From Gemmatimonadales bacterium (lineage in GTDB: Bacteria > Gemmatimonadota > Gemmatimonadetes > Gemmatimonadales > GWC2-71-9): a stretch of 64,000 nt of DNA. Both the position numbers and the translations under genes were made by a program. Under the pieces are notes generated by a model. It was not told the DNA's origin and ran no database searches. It worked only from the letters and a program-made list of their open reading frames with translations. Numbering within the stretch: the stretch's first letter is position 1; every line of letters starts with the position of its first letter. This document shows positions 8,191 to 16,459 of the stretch, one piece after another. Location: contig JBBCJC010000001.1 of the NCBI GenBank assembly GCA_037189525.1, forward strand, positions 365 to 64,364, written 5' to 3'.

Positions 8191-8874
8191 ATGCTGATCC
8201 GATTAGGTGTCATCTTCTCCCTGGGAATAGGGGCTGCTTGCTCCCCAAAGGGCGAGCAAGCCAAGCCGGTTCCGTCCCCACATCCCTTCACGGGCTCCGT
8301 CGTGAGCGGACAGGTGGTGGATTCAATCGGCAACCCGTTACCTGGCGTTCGCGTCACTCTCCTGGCACGATCCGGGATTTCTCGCGATCGGCGGACTGAT
8401 TGGCGAGGCGGCTTTCGGTTTGATTCCCTCGCTAGCGGGAAGTATACGCTGACTCTGAGGGCAATCGGCTATCACCGTCAATCGGATTCCATTACCCTCG
8501 GTCCCGCCGATCAGTGGTCGCAAACCTGGCCCCTTCAGATGATCCATTTTGATCTGGAGTACATCTGCACTCTTGAGGTTCGTCCCGCCGTCATTGTTGA
8601 TGTTCGCGATGCCGCAACTGGACAGAATCTGACGCCGACGGCTCGCACGTATGCAATATGGCAGGATGAATCTTCTCCGCGTTGGCCTGCGAGCGCCCCC
8701 CTGGAGCCGCCGTCTGAAGACATGACGGGGAGCGGTGGGCGAGCGGGCCGGTACCGCGTCTCCGTTGTACGGGCCGGCTACCACCCCTGGTTTGCGGACG
8801 TCGATGTACAGCGGGATGCTTGCCACGCAGTACCGTTCCGCGTCACAGCCCTGCTAACCGCAATTAAGGACTAG
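8191..8874 (+). CDS. lipoprotein with carboxypeptidase-regulatory-like domain (cassette ORF)
   Basis: ATG at 8191 gives MLIRLGVIFSLGIGAAC (lipobox). GQVVDSIGNPLPGVRVTLL...DWRGGFRFDSLASGKYTLTLRAIGY fits the CarboxypepD_reg fold pattern. The track ORF start at 8050 lies inside the attC repeat and is rejected. Confidence 0.75.
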   Translation: MLIRLGVIFSLGIGAACSPKGEQAKPVPSPHPFTGSVVSGQVVDSIGNPLPGVRVTLLARSGISRDRRTDWRGGFRFDSLASGKYTLTLRAIGYHRQSDSITLGPADQWSQTWPLQMIHFDLEYICTLEVRPAVIVDVRDAATGQNLTPTARTYAIWQDESSPRWPASAPLEPPSEDMTGSGGRAGRYRVSVVRAGYHPWFADVDVQRDACHAVPFRVTALLTAIKD

Positions 8875-8879
8875 CGGCC

Positions 8880-9018
8880 GCCCAACAGGGGTTTGCAGCG
8901 GGCAGCCGCACGGGTCTCCTCTTCCGGAGTCGCGGCCGCGCCCCCATGTTGGTGGGAGGATGGCGCGGCCGCTTGGCTCCGTGAGCGCGCTTGCCACTGA
9001 AACCCAACGGCGTTAGGC
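8880..9018 (+). repeat. integron attC-like recombination site, copy 6
   Basis: Starts GCCCAAC, 5 nt after the stop codon of the previous ORF, and ends GTTAGGC. Inner stem GCGGCCGCGCC pairs with GGCGCGGCCGC. Confidence 0.7.
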
Positions 9019-9028
9019 CGCATCAGAC

Positions 9029-9724
9029 ATGTTTCCTTCGATAGAGCATCGCGAAGTCCAAACAGCCGCAAAAGCTGTACTCGCGGACCTGGCGGCCTCC
9101 ATCCAGCCTCGTGACACCGAGCGCACCATTGTTGAACGGGCAGCGTCGCTGCTCGCGGCGCATGGACTCACGGAAACCTGGTACTACGACTGCCCTGCAC
9201 TTGTTCTGTTAGGTTCTCGCAGTTGCGTGTCACTGTCTGGCAAGGACTACTGGCCCAACGACGACCCGGTCGGTCACTTCAATGTGGTGACCGTTGACCT
9301 CAGTCCCATGCGTCGTGGTCTCTGGGGCGACTGCGCCAGAACCTTCCCAATCGAGAACGGACGCGTCACGTTCGAACCACTCGTCGACGAGTTCCGAGTT
9401 GGCCTGGAAGCTCAAGCACTACTTCATCATTCGATGCAGGACTTTGTCACCCCAACAACCACGTTTGGCGAACTGTTCTCCTTCAGCAATGCCCAGATCG
9501 CTCGCCTCGGCTTCGAGAATCTGGATTTCCTCGGGAATCTCGGCCACAGCATCGCCTCAACGCGTGGCGAACGATGCTACATTCAGGTCGGAAACGATTT
9601 GGCGTTGGGTGCAGTCCCGTTTTTCACATTCGAACCCCACGTCCGCCAAGTCAATGGACGATGGGGCTTCAAGCACGAAGAGATCTACTACTTCGCCTCG
9701 GATCGCAAGCTATCTGTACTCTAG
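9029..9724 (+). CDS. M24-family (creatinase/aminopeptidase fold) metallopeptidase-like protein (cassette ORF)
   Basis: 231-aa ORF. VTVDLSPMRRGLWGDCARTF, LGHSIA, FTFEPH and HEEIYYF align by eye with the Asp/Asp/His/Glu/Glu metal-ligand blocks of the pita-bread fold. The ATG lies 10 nt after attC copy 6. Confidence 0.65.
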   Translation: MFPSIEHREVQTAAKAVLADLAASIQPRDTERTIVERAASLLAAHGLTETWYYDCPALVLLGSRSCVSLSGKDYWPNDDPVGHFNVVTVDLSPMRRGLWGDCARTFPIENGRVTFEPLVDEFRVGLEAQALLHHSMQDFVTPTTTFGELFSFSNAQIARLGFENLDFLGNLGHSIASTRGERCYIQVGNDLALGAVPFFTFEPHVRQVNGRWGFKHEEIYYFASDRKLSVL

Positions 9725-9798
9725 CTCGCTGCCTCCTTGCCGAGATAGCACCGTCTCTTAGGAAGGTGCCTGCTCCAGGTTTGACTCCGGGTGCCGTT

Positions 9799-9937
9799 CG
9801 TTGACCCAGCGCGGCCTAGCGGGGCAGGCGTGCGCAGTTCCGGTTCACGAAGCCGCGGACGCGCCCCATATTGGTTGGAGGATGGCGCGGCCGCTCAGTT
9901 TCGTGACGACCGCCGCTGAAACCCAGAATCGTTAACT
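9799..9937 (+). repeat. integron attC-like recombination site, copy 7 (degenerate 5' end)
   Basis: The central and 3' parts match the consensus: AGCCGCGGACGCGCCCCATATTGGTTGGAGGATGGCGCGGCCGC...CGCCGCTGAAACCCAGAATC. It ends GTTAACT (5/7). The RYYYAAC box is not recognisable. Confidence 0.5.
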
Positions 9938-9952
9938 GGCACAACCGTACGT

Positions 9953-10693
9953 ATGCGCTGGCGTGATTACTTCGGTGTGATAGCTGGCATGTTTTTCTTT
10001 GGCTGGCTACGGACAGCTTGGTCCTCCAGTACCGGCATTGCCGCCGCGGTATTTGTCGCCATCGTTGCTATCGGTACCGTTATCCAGCGCGTTGTGCGCC
10101 GCCGTCGATTCCGAAAGCTGGCTGAGCTTGGTGACGAGGCGTTGCGAGTCGCAGTCGAGGCGCTGCCGGCGGCGGATGCGGCGCTCGGCCGAATGACCTT
10201 CGGGATAACCTTCGAGCCAGACCACCAAGGGCGGTTTCTCGGAACACGGACGTTTCCCTACCGTGCGGGGTCCCAATCCCTCAACACGTACTTCTTTTGG
10301 GTCTGTCTTGCTCTCTCCGTTCTGATGGCCTATCCAGTCGTGCTGGGCCGGGTGGAGGAGCCCGGCCAAATGCTTCCCTGGATCATCCTCGCCGGAATCA
10401 CGTTGCTGGCCGGCTTTGGTTACCGACTGCTGGGTCGGGAGATGAGCGCACAGGTGGTATTGAGCCCACGAGGGATCAGTATCGTAGGAGCCGAACTTGG
10501 AACTCGGTCGCTCGACTGGCTTGAGATCAAAACGTTCCGATGGCTTCGTGCACCAGGCGACCTATATCGCGGGATCGAGTTGTACTCTGGAACCGGGCAT
10601 CACCTACTACTGGACACCGAGATCCCGGACTACGATGAGATTATCGAGCAAGTCATTGGCCGATTGGTGTCGATACACCGTGCCACCGAATAA
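9953..10693 (+). CDS. hypothetical membrane protein (cassette ORF)
   Basis: 246-aa ORF with at least 4 hydrophobic segments: VIAGMFFFGWL, AAAVFVAIVAIGTVI, YFFWVCLALSVLMAYPVVL and WIILAGITLLAGFGY. The ATG lies 15 nt after attC copy 7. The stop TAA overlaps the start of copy 8. Confidence 0.65.
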   Translation: MRWRDYFGVIAGMFFFGWLRTAWSSSTGIAAAVFVAIVAIGTVIQRVVRRRRFRKLAELGDEALRVAVEALPAADAALGRMTFGITFEPDHQGRFLGTRTFPYRAGSQSLNTYFFWVCLALSVLMAYPVVLGRVEEPGQMLPWIILAGITLLAGFGYRLLGREMSAQVVLSPRGISIVGAELGTRSLDWLEIKTFRWLRAPGDLYRGIELYSGTGHHLLLDTEIPDYDEIIEQVIGRLVSIHRATE

Positions 10694-10811
10694 GGTGCGC
10701 AGCGGGCAGACGCGCGGGGCGCCGGTTTGCGGAGTCGCGACCGCGCCTCCATGTTGATTGGAGGCTGCCGGCTCCGCAAGTGCCTACTGCTTGACACCAG
10801 AGTCATTAGGC
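10685..10811 (+). repeat. integron attC-like recombination site, copy 8 (decayed)
   Basis: The left half matches the consensus: AAGGTGCGCAGCGGGCAGACGCGCGGGG...GTCGCGACCGCGCCTCCATGTTGATTGGAGG. The right inner arm is lost. It ends ATTAGGC (6/7). Confidence 0.5.
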
Positions 10812-11292
10812 CGCAACCGATCTCCTGTCGAGGGACGAATGGATACAGCCACTGAGGATGGTTCCAGCGGATATGAGGCAGTCGCGACATCTACATTGCG
10901 GGACGAGGTACCCGTTCCCGCGTCGGCGATTCGATCGGTGCCGTGGCCGTTAAGGCCTGGGCAAACGCTTTTCCTGACCGGGCGTCGGTCGCAATTCCCT
11001 CGGCGAGGACACCTATAAGCGATTGCTGCGCGATACGGGTCTGGCGTGGGTCGCCGACGCCAAGGACGAGGGCGAGAACTACTATTATTTTGCCGAAAAG
11101 GTGTAGGTCGGATTTCGAACGGACAGGTAAAACCCGGCCGAACCAACCTCCGGTACCTGCGCTGCATCGTCACGAGGCACCGCTGGAAACGTCAGCGCGG
11201 TTCGAGTTCGCCGTATTCGCAGAGCTCGCTCTCGCGGCCGAGCGCGAGCAGTTCCCCATGAAGCTTGACTACTAAAGTTCCTACTGGGTGCA

Positions 11293-11322
11293 GCCCAACA
11301 AGGTGCCGCGGCGGGCAGGGGA
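11293..11322 (+). repeat. truncated attC-like site, copy 9 (R''/L'' arm only)
   Basis: GCCCAACAAGGTGCCGCGGCGGGCAGGGG matches the first ~30 nt of the repeat consensus, and then similarity stops. The stop codon of the convergent gene lies 13 nt further on. Confidence 0.5.
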
Positions 11323-11334
11323 CGGATCACAGTT

Positions 11335-12504
11335 CTATCGACGAGTGACCTCCACGATACGCTGCGATTCGCCGTCATCGGTACCTACTCCCATTCGAAC
11401 AATACTACCTGCCGGGCCGCGAATCATTTCCATGACTCGACTCAACGGCATGCCTTCGATAACAATACCGTTGACCGAATAGATGATGAGGCCGGCAACC
11501 AGGCCGACACGCTCGGCCTCGCCACCCGGAATCACCGAGGCAATCCGGAACAGTCCGGACTCGGCCACCGCCTCGACATTGATTCCGACCAATCCAAACC
11601 CCTCCTTGATACAGTCGACCTTGCTGACATCGTCAGGGGAGGTCCAACGGAAGCCGGGCGCACATTGCCAGGTTCCCTCTTTGCCGCCATGCATCATGTC
11701 CGCCCGGAACGGATGCGGGAAGCCAGGCACCCATTGCCGCGGCGCCACGCCGACCGCGTCACTCTCGATCTGGAAATCGTAGATGATAGCGTCCAGGCAG
11801 GTGGCCGGATCGTCGATGCGCGGCGCGCCAGTCAATTCCAGCGTCTGCGGCGTGACACCGGGAGCTCTGCTGTCATCGAATGTCAGAGAAAATGTCGTCG
11901 GCGCCACCGCCCAGTACATGTCCGCCTGGCCAGGATCCACCGTTCGGACTTCACTTTTCCCGCCCCAGGACAGCCTGTAGCCAATCGGCAGCGTGGTGGG
12001 GTTGCTGACGCAGACAACGGCCAGTTCAGGGCGACGGCCGGACGATACCCTTCCCCGCGCCGGAGCCCCCCCTTTCGCCCCGGTATAGGCACGATTCAGC
12101 TCACCGAGCAGCGCGCCGAGGTCGGACATGGTCTGCCCGGGTTTGAAGAGGGTTCCGCTGTTACGTCCCCATCGAAGATTTTGTACCTTCCCATTTCGGA
12201 CCTCGATGACGAGCTCGGTCCAAAGCCGGCCTTCCAGAAAGCTGGTCCCATGTAACGTCAGCGCTGCATCATAGCCGCCCGAGGTTCGAACGATATTGCT
12301 TACGGCGACCCGTTCGTATTTGGCCGACGGCCACGCAAAAAAGAACAGCATCTCGCCCACGCTGTGGATGAAGCCACGGGCGTGCGAGTCGTCGGACGAT
12401 TGCTGGCCCCACGCAACGGTAAAGGGCACAACCGAAAGACTGAACAGCACCGCGAAGCAATGCGACCATCGTCGGGTCATTCGGGCCGGCAACCAGGCAA
12501 CCAT
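11335..12504 (-). CDS. secreted protein with C-terminal PDZ domain
   Basis: C-terminal GLFRIASVIPGGEAERVGLVAGLIIYSVNGIVIEGMPLSRVMEMIRGPAGSIV is PDZ-like. Signal-like MTRRWSHCFAVLFSLSVVPFTVAWG. Start taken at ATG 12504; ATG 12480 is an alternative. The track start 12642 overlaps the upstream regulator. Confidence 0.7.
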   Translation of the reverse strand: MVAWLPARMTRRWSHCFAVLFSLSVVPFTVAWGQQSSDDSHARGFIHSVGEMLFFFAWPSAKYERVAVSNIVRTSGGYDAALTLHGTSFLEGRLWTELVIEVRNGKVQNLRWGRNSGTLFKPGQTMSDLGALLGELNRAYTGAKGGAPARGRVSSGRRPELAVVCVSNPTTLPIGYRLSWGGKSEVRTVDPGQADMYWAVAPTTFSLTFDDSRAPGVTPQTLELTGAPRIDDPATCLDAIIYDFQIESDAVGVAPRQWVPGFPHPFRADMMHGGKEGTWQCAPGFRWTSPDDVSKVDCIKEGFGLVGINVEAVAESGLFRIASVIPGGEAERVGLVAGLIIYSVNGIVIEGMPLSRVMEMIRGPAGSIVRMGVGTDDGESQRIVEVTRR

Positions 12505-12538
12505 GATTTGTCGATCCCCAAAGAACGAACATGACAGG

Positions 12539-13195
12539 TTAGATGAGGCGCTCCCGCAGCGCTTTGGCCACTGCCCCGCCTCGGGATCTGACTTGCAGTT
12601 TTGCATAGATGTTCCGGAGGTGGGTGTCGACAGTATGGGCACTCAATCCCAGCTTGTCGGCAATCTGTTTCTGGGACAGCGCATCGACGACACATTGGAG
12701 CACCTCCCGCTCGCGCGCCGTCAATCCATACTCCTGATTGATCGGCGGACCCTGGACAAAGCCGTCGAGGACCTTGCGGGCAATGGCCGGGTTCATCGGC
12801 GAGCCGCCATCCATGGCGGCTCGTATGGCCGACACGATCTCGGCGCCGGTGGCCGACTTGAGGAGATAGCCGATCGCGCCGGCACGAAGCGCGTCGAAGA
12901 CGCGATCATCTTCATCGTGTACCGAGAGAACGATCGTGCGCACCGTGGGAGCCTGGGTACGGAGGCGCCGAATCCCGTCGACCCCGCTCATTCCCGGCAG
13001 CCCAAGATCCATCAGCACGACATTCGGAAGCGGGTCACGACCGAGTGCGTCCAACAGCTCCTCGCCGGTGGACGCAGCCAGGGCACACTTCACTCCGGGC
13101 TCCCGATCGAGCAGTTCGACAAGTGCTTTACGAAACCGGCCGTGATCCTCGACGAGCCAAACCACAACCGTCTCCGGCAATAGACCTTGATTCAC
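12539..13195 (-). CDS. NarL/LuxR-family response regulator (REC + LuxR-type HTH)
   Basis: VWLVEDH...VVLMDLGLPGMSG is a receiver domain. LTAREREVLQCVVDALSQKQIADKLGLSAHTVDTHLRNIYAKL is a LuxR HTH. GTG start with GAGGAGA upstream. Confidence 0.9.
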   Translation of the reverse strand: MNQGLLPETVVVWLVEDHGRFRKALVELLDREPGVKCALAASTGEELLDALGRDPLPNVVLMDLGLPGMSGVDGIRRLRTQAPTVRTIVLSVHDEDDRVFDALRAGAIGYLLKSATGAEIVSAIRAAMDGGSPMNPAIARKVLDGFVQGPPINQEYGLTAREREVLQCVVDALSQKQIADKLGLSAHTVDTHLRNIYAKLQVRSRGGAVAKALRERLI

Positions 13196-13247
13196 GAGAC
13201 TCTCCTCAGCTCGGCTGGATGTTGTCTCATCGGCGGGGCGCTGTCTA

Positions 13248-13264
13248 TCCCGTGTTTACGTGAT
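13248..13264. promoter_or_regulatory. 17-nt motif TCCCGTGTTTACGTGAT, candidate operator upstream of the response-regulator gene
   Basis: It recurs with one mismatch at 16399-16415. It contains the direct half-sites (C/A)CGTG-TTT-ACGTG. It lies 53-69 nt upstream of the regulator GTG and overlaps the kinase stop codon. Confidence 0.3.
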
Positions 13265-16200
13265 CGGCAGCGTTAGAACCACCCGAGTTCCCCTGCCCGT
13301 CGCGCTGCTGACCTGAACACCTCCGCCAAGTTCCTGCGCGCGCCTGCGCATATTTGGAAGGCCATATCCCGGGGAGGCACTGCCCTCATCGAACCCGACC
13401 CCATCATCGACGACGGTCAAGACCATCTGCCCACCGAGCACCTGGACATCGACGTGTACCTGCCTGGCAACCGCGTGCTTGGCGACATTGTGCAGCATCT
13501 CCTTGAAGAGGAGCAACACCTGCCGCATGAAGGCCATGCCGACCTGGCGATCGATCCCGGCAAGGTCGCCACTGAAGTGGACTTGGACGCCGGGAAGCTG
13601 ACGGGCCGCGATGTCCCGCATCCGCCGCGTCAGTTGGCGGAGGTCGCCATGGCGTGGGTCGACCAGCCAGATGGTATCACGAAGCGATGCACTGGTCTCC
13701 GAGGCGGCTTCGCGAATCCTGGAGAGATGATCGGATCGCGGACCCGCACCCGGCGATGCGTGCTCCAGCATTTCCGTCATCAGCGCGATCGCGCTCAGAT
13801 TGGCGCCGATATCATCGTGCAGGTCCGCTGCAATCCGGAGACGGACCCGTTCGATCTCGAGCAGACGGTTGACCCGGTACCGGTAGGCAGCAAAACCCAG
13901 CCCCATGATTCCGAGGACGACGAGTGTTCGAAACCACCAGCTCTGCACCACGGTGGGTTGGACCCGGATGACGACTCGACCCTCCGCCGTCTCATCCTCG
14001 GCAGTTCCCCCCTGCGAAACAACCCGGAAGACATACTCACCGGGTGAGAGGTTGGTGTAGGAGGCCCGACGACGATCCTGCGCATCGACCCAATCATCAT
14101 CATAGCCGTCGAGGCGATAGCGATAGCGCATCTGCGTCGGCATCAGAAACGAGAGCGCCGCGTAGTCGAGCCCGATCTGGCGGGTACCGGGTGGAATCAG
14201 GAAAGGTCCCGCGTCCTCCGATACGAGGGTATCGCCATCGGCCGTAACGGTCTCGACCAGCGTCCGGACACCCTCGCCCATGGTCCGGAGGCCGACAGGC
14301 TCGATCACGACGATCCCTTCCTGATTATTGAACAACAGCCGGCCGTCGCTCATCCGCCACGCCGCCGGCGAAGCACGGTTGCCCTCCTGCGAAGGCAAGC
14401 CATCGTGCTCGGAGAAAACCGCGCATTCGATCCGCTTGCCGGTAGGCTGGCTCGACATCTCGTCATCGGCTACGGCAACCAGACGGGTCAGTGCGGTCCG
14501 ACAGATTCCCCGGTCACTGGAAAGCCAAACGGAACCGAGCCCGTCCTCGACCATTGCCCAGATGCCATTCTCGTGAAGCCCCTCTCGTGTCGTGATCGAG
14601 ACAAATCTGCCGTCGCGATATCGATACAGGCCTTGATCGTAGCTACCGAACCAGAGCGAACCATCCGCCGTTTCCTGAATCATCTGGATCAGCCCGGTGG
14701 TCACGCCGAGCGCCGAGTCGATCTGAGCGGTCACCCCATCCCGGATCCGGTAGAGTCCGCGATCGGTACCTGCCCACACCGTACCGTCGGCGGACCGCCG
14801 CATCGCCCAGGTCTGCCGGGCAGCCAGCGGGTGCTTCCCGTCCTCCCGAACCACCCCGCCCCGATAGGTGGCCACGGTTTGATTGCCTGCCATCCAGATC
14901 GTTCCATCGAGTTCCTCGACAATGGCTCGGATCTCTCCAGAGAGGTTTCCTCGATCGACGATTCGGCTCCCGACCAACCGCGCGTAGCCCTTGTACATAC
15001 CAACCCAGAGCGAACCGTCGCGAGCCTCGTACAGGGACCGCACGTTGTCATGAGGCAGACCGCGGGCCCGGTTGAGATGGGCGGTGAGGCGGCCATTCGC
15101 GAAGCGATAGACCCCACCGCCCCATGTTCCAACCCAGACGGCTCCATCGCGGCTCTGCAGCACAGCCGTCGTGAGGGAAGTCGAAAGCCCCTGCTCCGCG
15201 CCGAGTACAAAGACGTGGCGAGGAACCAACTGGAGCAGACCCTGATCGGTGCCAACCCAGACGCTACCCTCACGATCTCCCAGAATCGCGGTCACTTCGC
15301 TGAATCGGAGGTGCCTCTGCAGCAGGATTCGCTCGGCCTGCTCACCGCGGATACGAATGATTTCGTTGGAACGCCCCCGCTCGCTCCGAAGGGAAACCCA
15401 GCGCTGTCCATCCGCCCCTTGGATACCCGCGTCCAGCGAGTAACCAACCGGAAACGAGTTGTCTCCCCGGGCAGACGGAACTGCAGAGCCCAGCGAAACC
15501 GACAGCAGCGTCGCTGCACGCGGGGCCCGCAGATCGGTACCCGGCAACGGAACCGCAGTCTCCGAATGAACTCGAGCGAGTTTCCCGGCGCGATAGCGCA
15601 GCGGGGGCCGGTTCGGATCGTCACGGACCCAGAGCTCATTCAGGTCGGCCCGCACGTTATAGCCGGGGGTCGTGAAGCCGAGTTGCCCCGGAGTGAGCCT
15701 GCCGAAGCGGATCCCGGATGAGGCAACCGAGTCCGCGAACACCGCAGCTATGCCGACGAACGTTACCGCGACCCGCTCGGTGCCCACGTCGAAAACGCCG
15801 CCGACGGAATCGCTGGGCAACCCATCGGCGGTCGTCAGGTAGGCAATGGAATCGGCGCCCGGCGCGATCCACGCCAAGCCATGAAATCCTCCCAGCCAGA
15901 TCGAGCCGTCGGCCGTCTCGGTAAACTCCCGCATCGGCGCCCGCAGGTCTCCCAGTACCCGCAATCGACCATTCCGGAAGTACGCGAGTTCATTCCCCGC
16001 CGTCCGGAGCCAGATCCGGTCGGCGCGATCGTGGTACATGGCGTCGATGATGGTACTTCGAAGGCCCTGCAGAGGAACCGCATTGAAGCGATGGCCGTTG
16101 AATCGATGGAGGCCCTGCCCGCCCACGTAGAGATAGCCGTCGGCGGTCTGGGCAAGGAACGTGATATGCCTGACCGGCAACCCTGCCTCCACGCCGAATC

Positions 16201-16402
16201 GTCGGACATGCACGTCGGCGAGCGAAGGAAGCGGCGACTGCGCGTTCGCCGTCCCGCCACTCAGCAGGGACGCGAGGAGACATTGCCGAGCCACGAGCGC
16301 CAGCCGAGTCACCGGGACCAGGCGCTGGTGGTTGGCATCTCGGATGGCCGGTTCATGGAACGCAAATATGGCACCCCGGTCAAACAGGTCTCCAGTCCTC
16401 AC
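13256..16402 (-). CDS. sensor histidine kinase with periplasmic beta-propeller/Y_Y_Y region, HisKA_3 and HATPase domains
   Basis: Repeated propeller-like W.GT..GL motifs. YRYRLDGYDDDWVDA...YTNLSPGEYVFRV is Y_Y_Y. TM segment WWFRTLVVLGIMGLGFAAY. RIAADLHDDIGANLSAI is the HisKA_3 H-box. DDGVGF...GYGLPNMRRRAQELGG is the ATPase. The GTG at 16402 has no room for an RBS, so the start is uncertain. Confidence 0.85.
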   Translation of the reverse strand: MRTGDLFDRGAIFAFHEPAIRDANHQRLVPVTRLALVARQCLLASLLSGGTANAQSPLPSLADVHVRRFGVEAGLPVRHITFLAQTADGYLYVGGQGLHRFNGHRFNAVPLQGLRSTIIDAMYHDRADRIWLRTAGNELAYFRNGRLRVLGDLRAPMREFTETADGSIWLGGFHGLAWIAPGADSIAYLTTADGLPSDSVGGVFDVGTERVAVTFVGIAAVFADSVASSGIRFGRLTPGQLGFTTPGYNVRADLNELWVRDDPNRPPLRYRAGKLARVHSETAVPLPGTDLRAPRAATLLSVSLGSAVPSARGDNSFPVGYSLDAGIQGADGQRWVSLRSERGRSNEIIRIRGEQAERILLQRHLRFSEVTAILGDREGSVWVGTDQGLLQLVPRHVFVLGAEQGLSTSLTTAVLQSRDGAVWVGTWGGGVYRFANGRLTAHLNRARGLPHDNVRSLYEARDGSLWVGMYKGYARLVGSRIVDRGNLSGEIRAIVEELDGTIWMAGNQTVATYRGGVVREDGKHPLAARQTWAMRRSADGTVWAGTDRGLYRIRDGVTAQIDSALGVTTGLIQMIQETADGSLWFGSYDQGLYRYRDGRFVSITTREGLHENGIWAMVEDGLGSVWLSSDRGICRTALTRLVAVADDEMSSQPTGKRIECAVFSEHDGLPSQEGNRASPAAWRMSDGRLLFNNQEGIVVIEPVGLRTMGEGVRTLVETVTADGDTLVSEDAGPFLIPPGTRQIGLDYAALSFLMPTQMRYRYRLDGYDDDWVDAQDRRRASYTNLSPGEYVFRVVSQGGTAEDETAEGRVVIRVQPTVVQSWWFRTLVVLGIMGLGFAAYRYRVNRLLEIERVRLRIAADLHDDIGANLSAIALMTEMLEHASPGAGPRSDHLSRIREAASETSASLRDTIWLVDPRHGDLRQLTRRMRDIAARQLPGVQVHFSGDLAGIDRQVGMAFMRQVLLLFKEMLHNVAKHAVARQVHVDVQVLGGQMVLTVVDDGVGFDEGSASPGYGLPNMRRRAQELGGGVQVSSATGRGTRVVLTLPIT

Positions 16403-16415
16403 GTGTTTACGTGAT
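16399..16415. promoter_or_regulatory. second copy of the 17-nt motif (TCACGTGTTTACGTGAT) in the divergent kinase / lipoprotein intergenic region
   Basis: 16/17 identical to 13248-13264. It abuts the annotated kinase start. Confidence 0.3.
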
Positions 16416-16459
16416 GCCGAGCGGACTTGCCTCCTGCTACTCTGAGGACTCCTCAGACC

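Noticed and set aside
95-11322. Regularly spaced repeats could suggest a CRISPR array.
   Set aside because: The repeats are 125-140 bp nested hairpins rather than 25-40 bp units. The spacers are 0.5-3.3 kb and contain ORFs. No cas genes are present.
95-11322. The repeat could be a REP/BIME or MITE-type intergenic element rather than attC.
   Set aside because: This is not fully excluded. All nine copies share one orientation, are clustered rather than dispersed over the remaining 53 kb, end in RYYYAAC/GTTRRRY boxes, and delimit cassette-sized single-ORF units. MITEs would show target-site duplications and both orientations.
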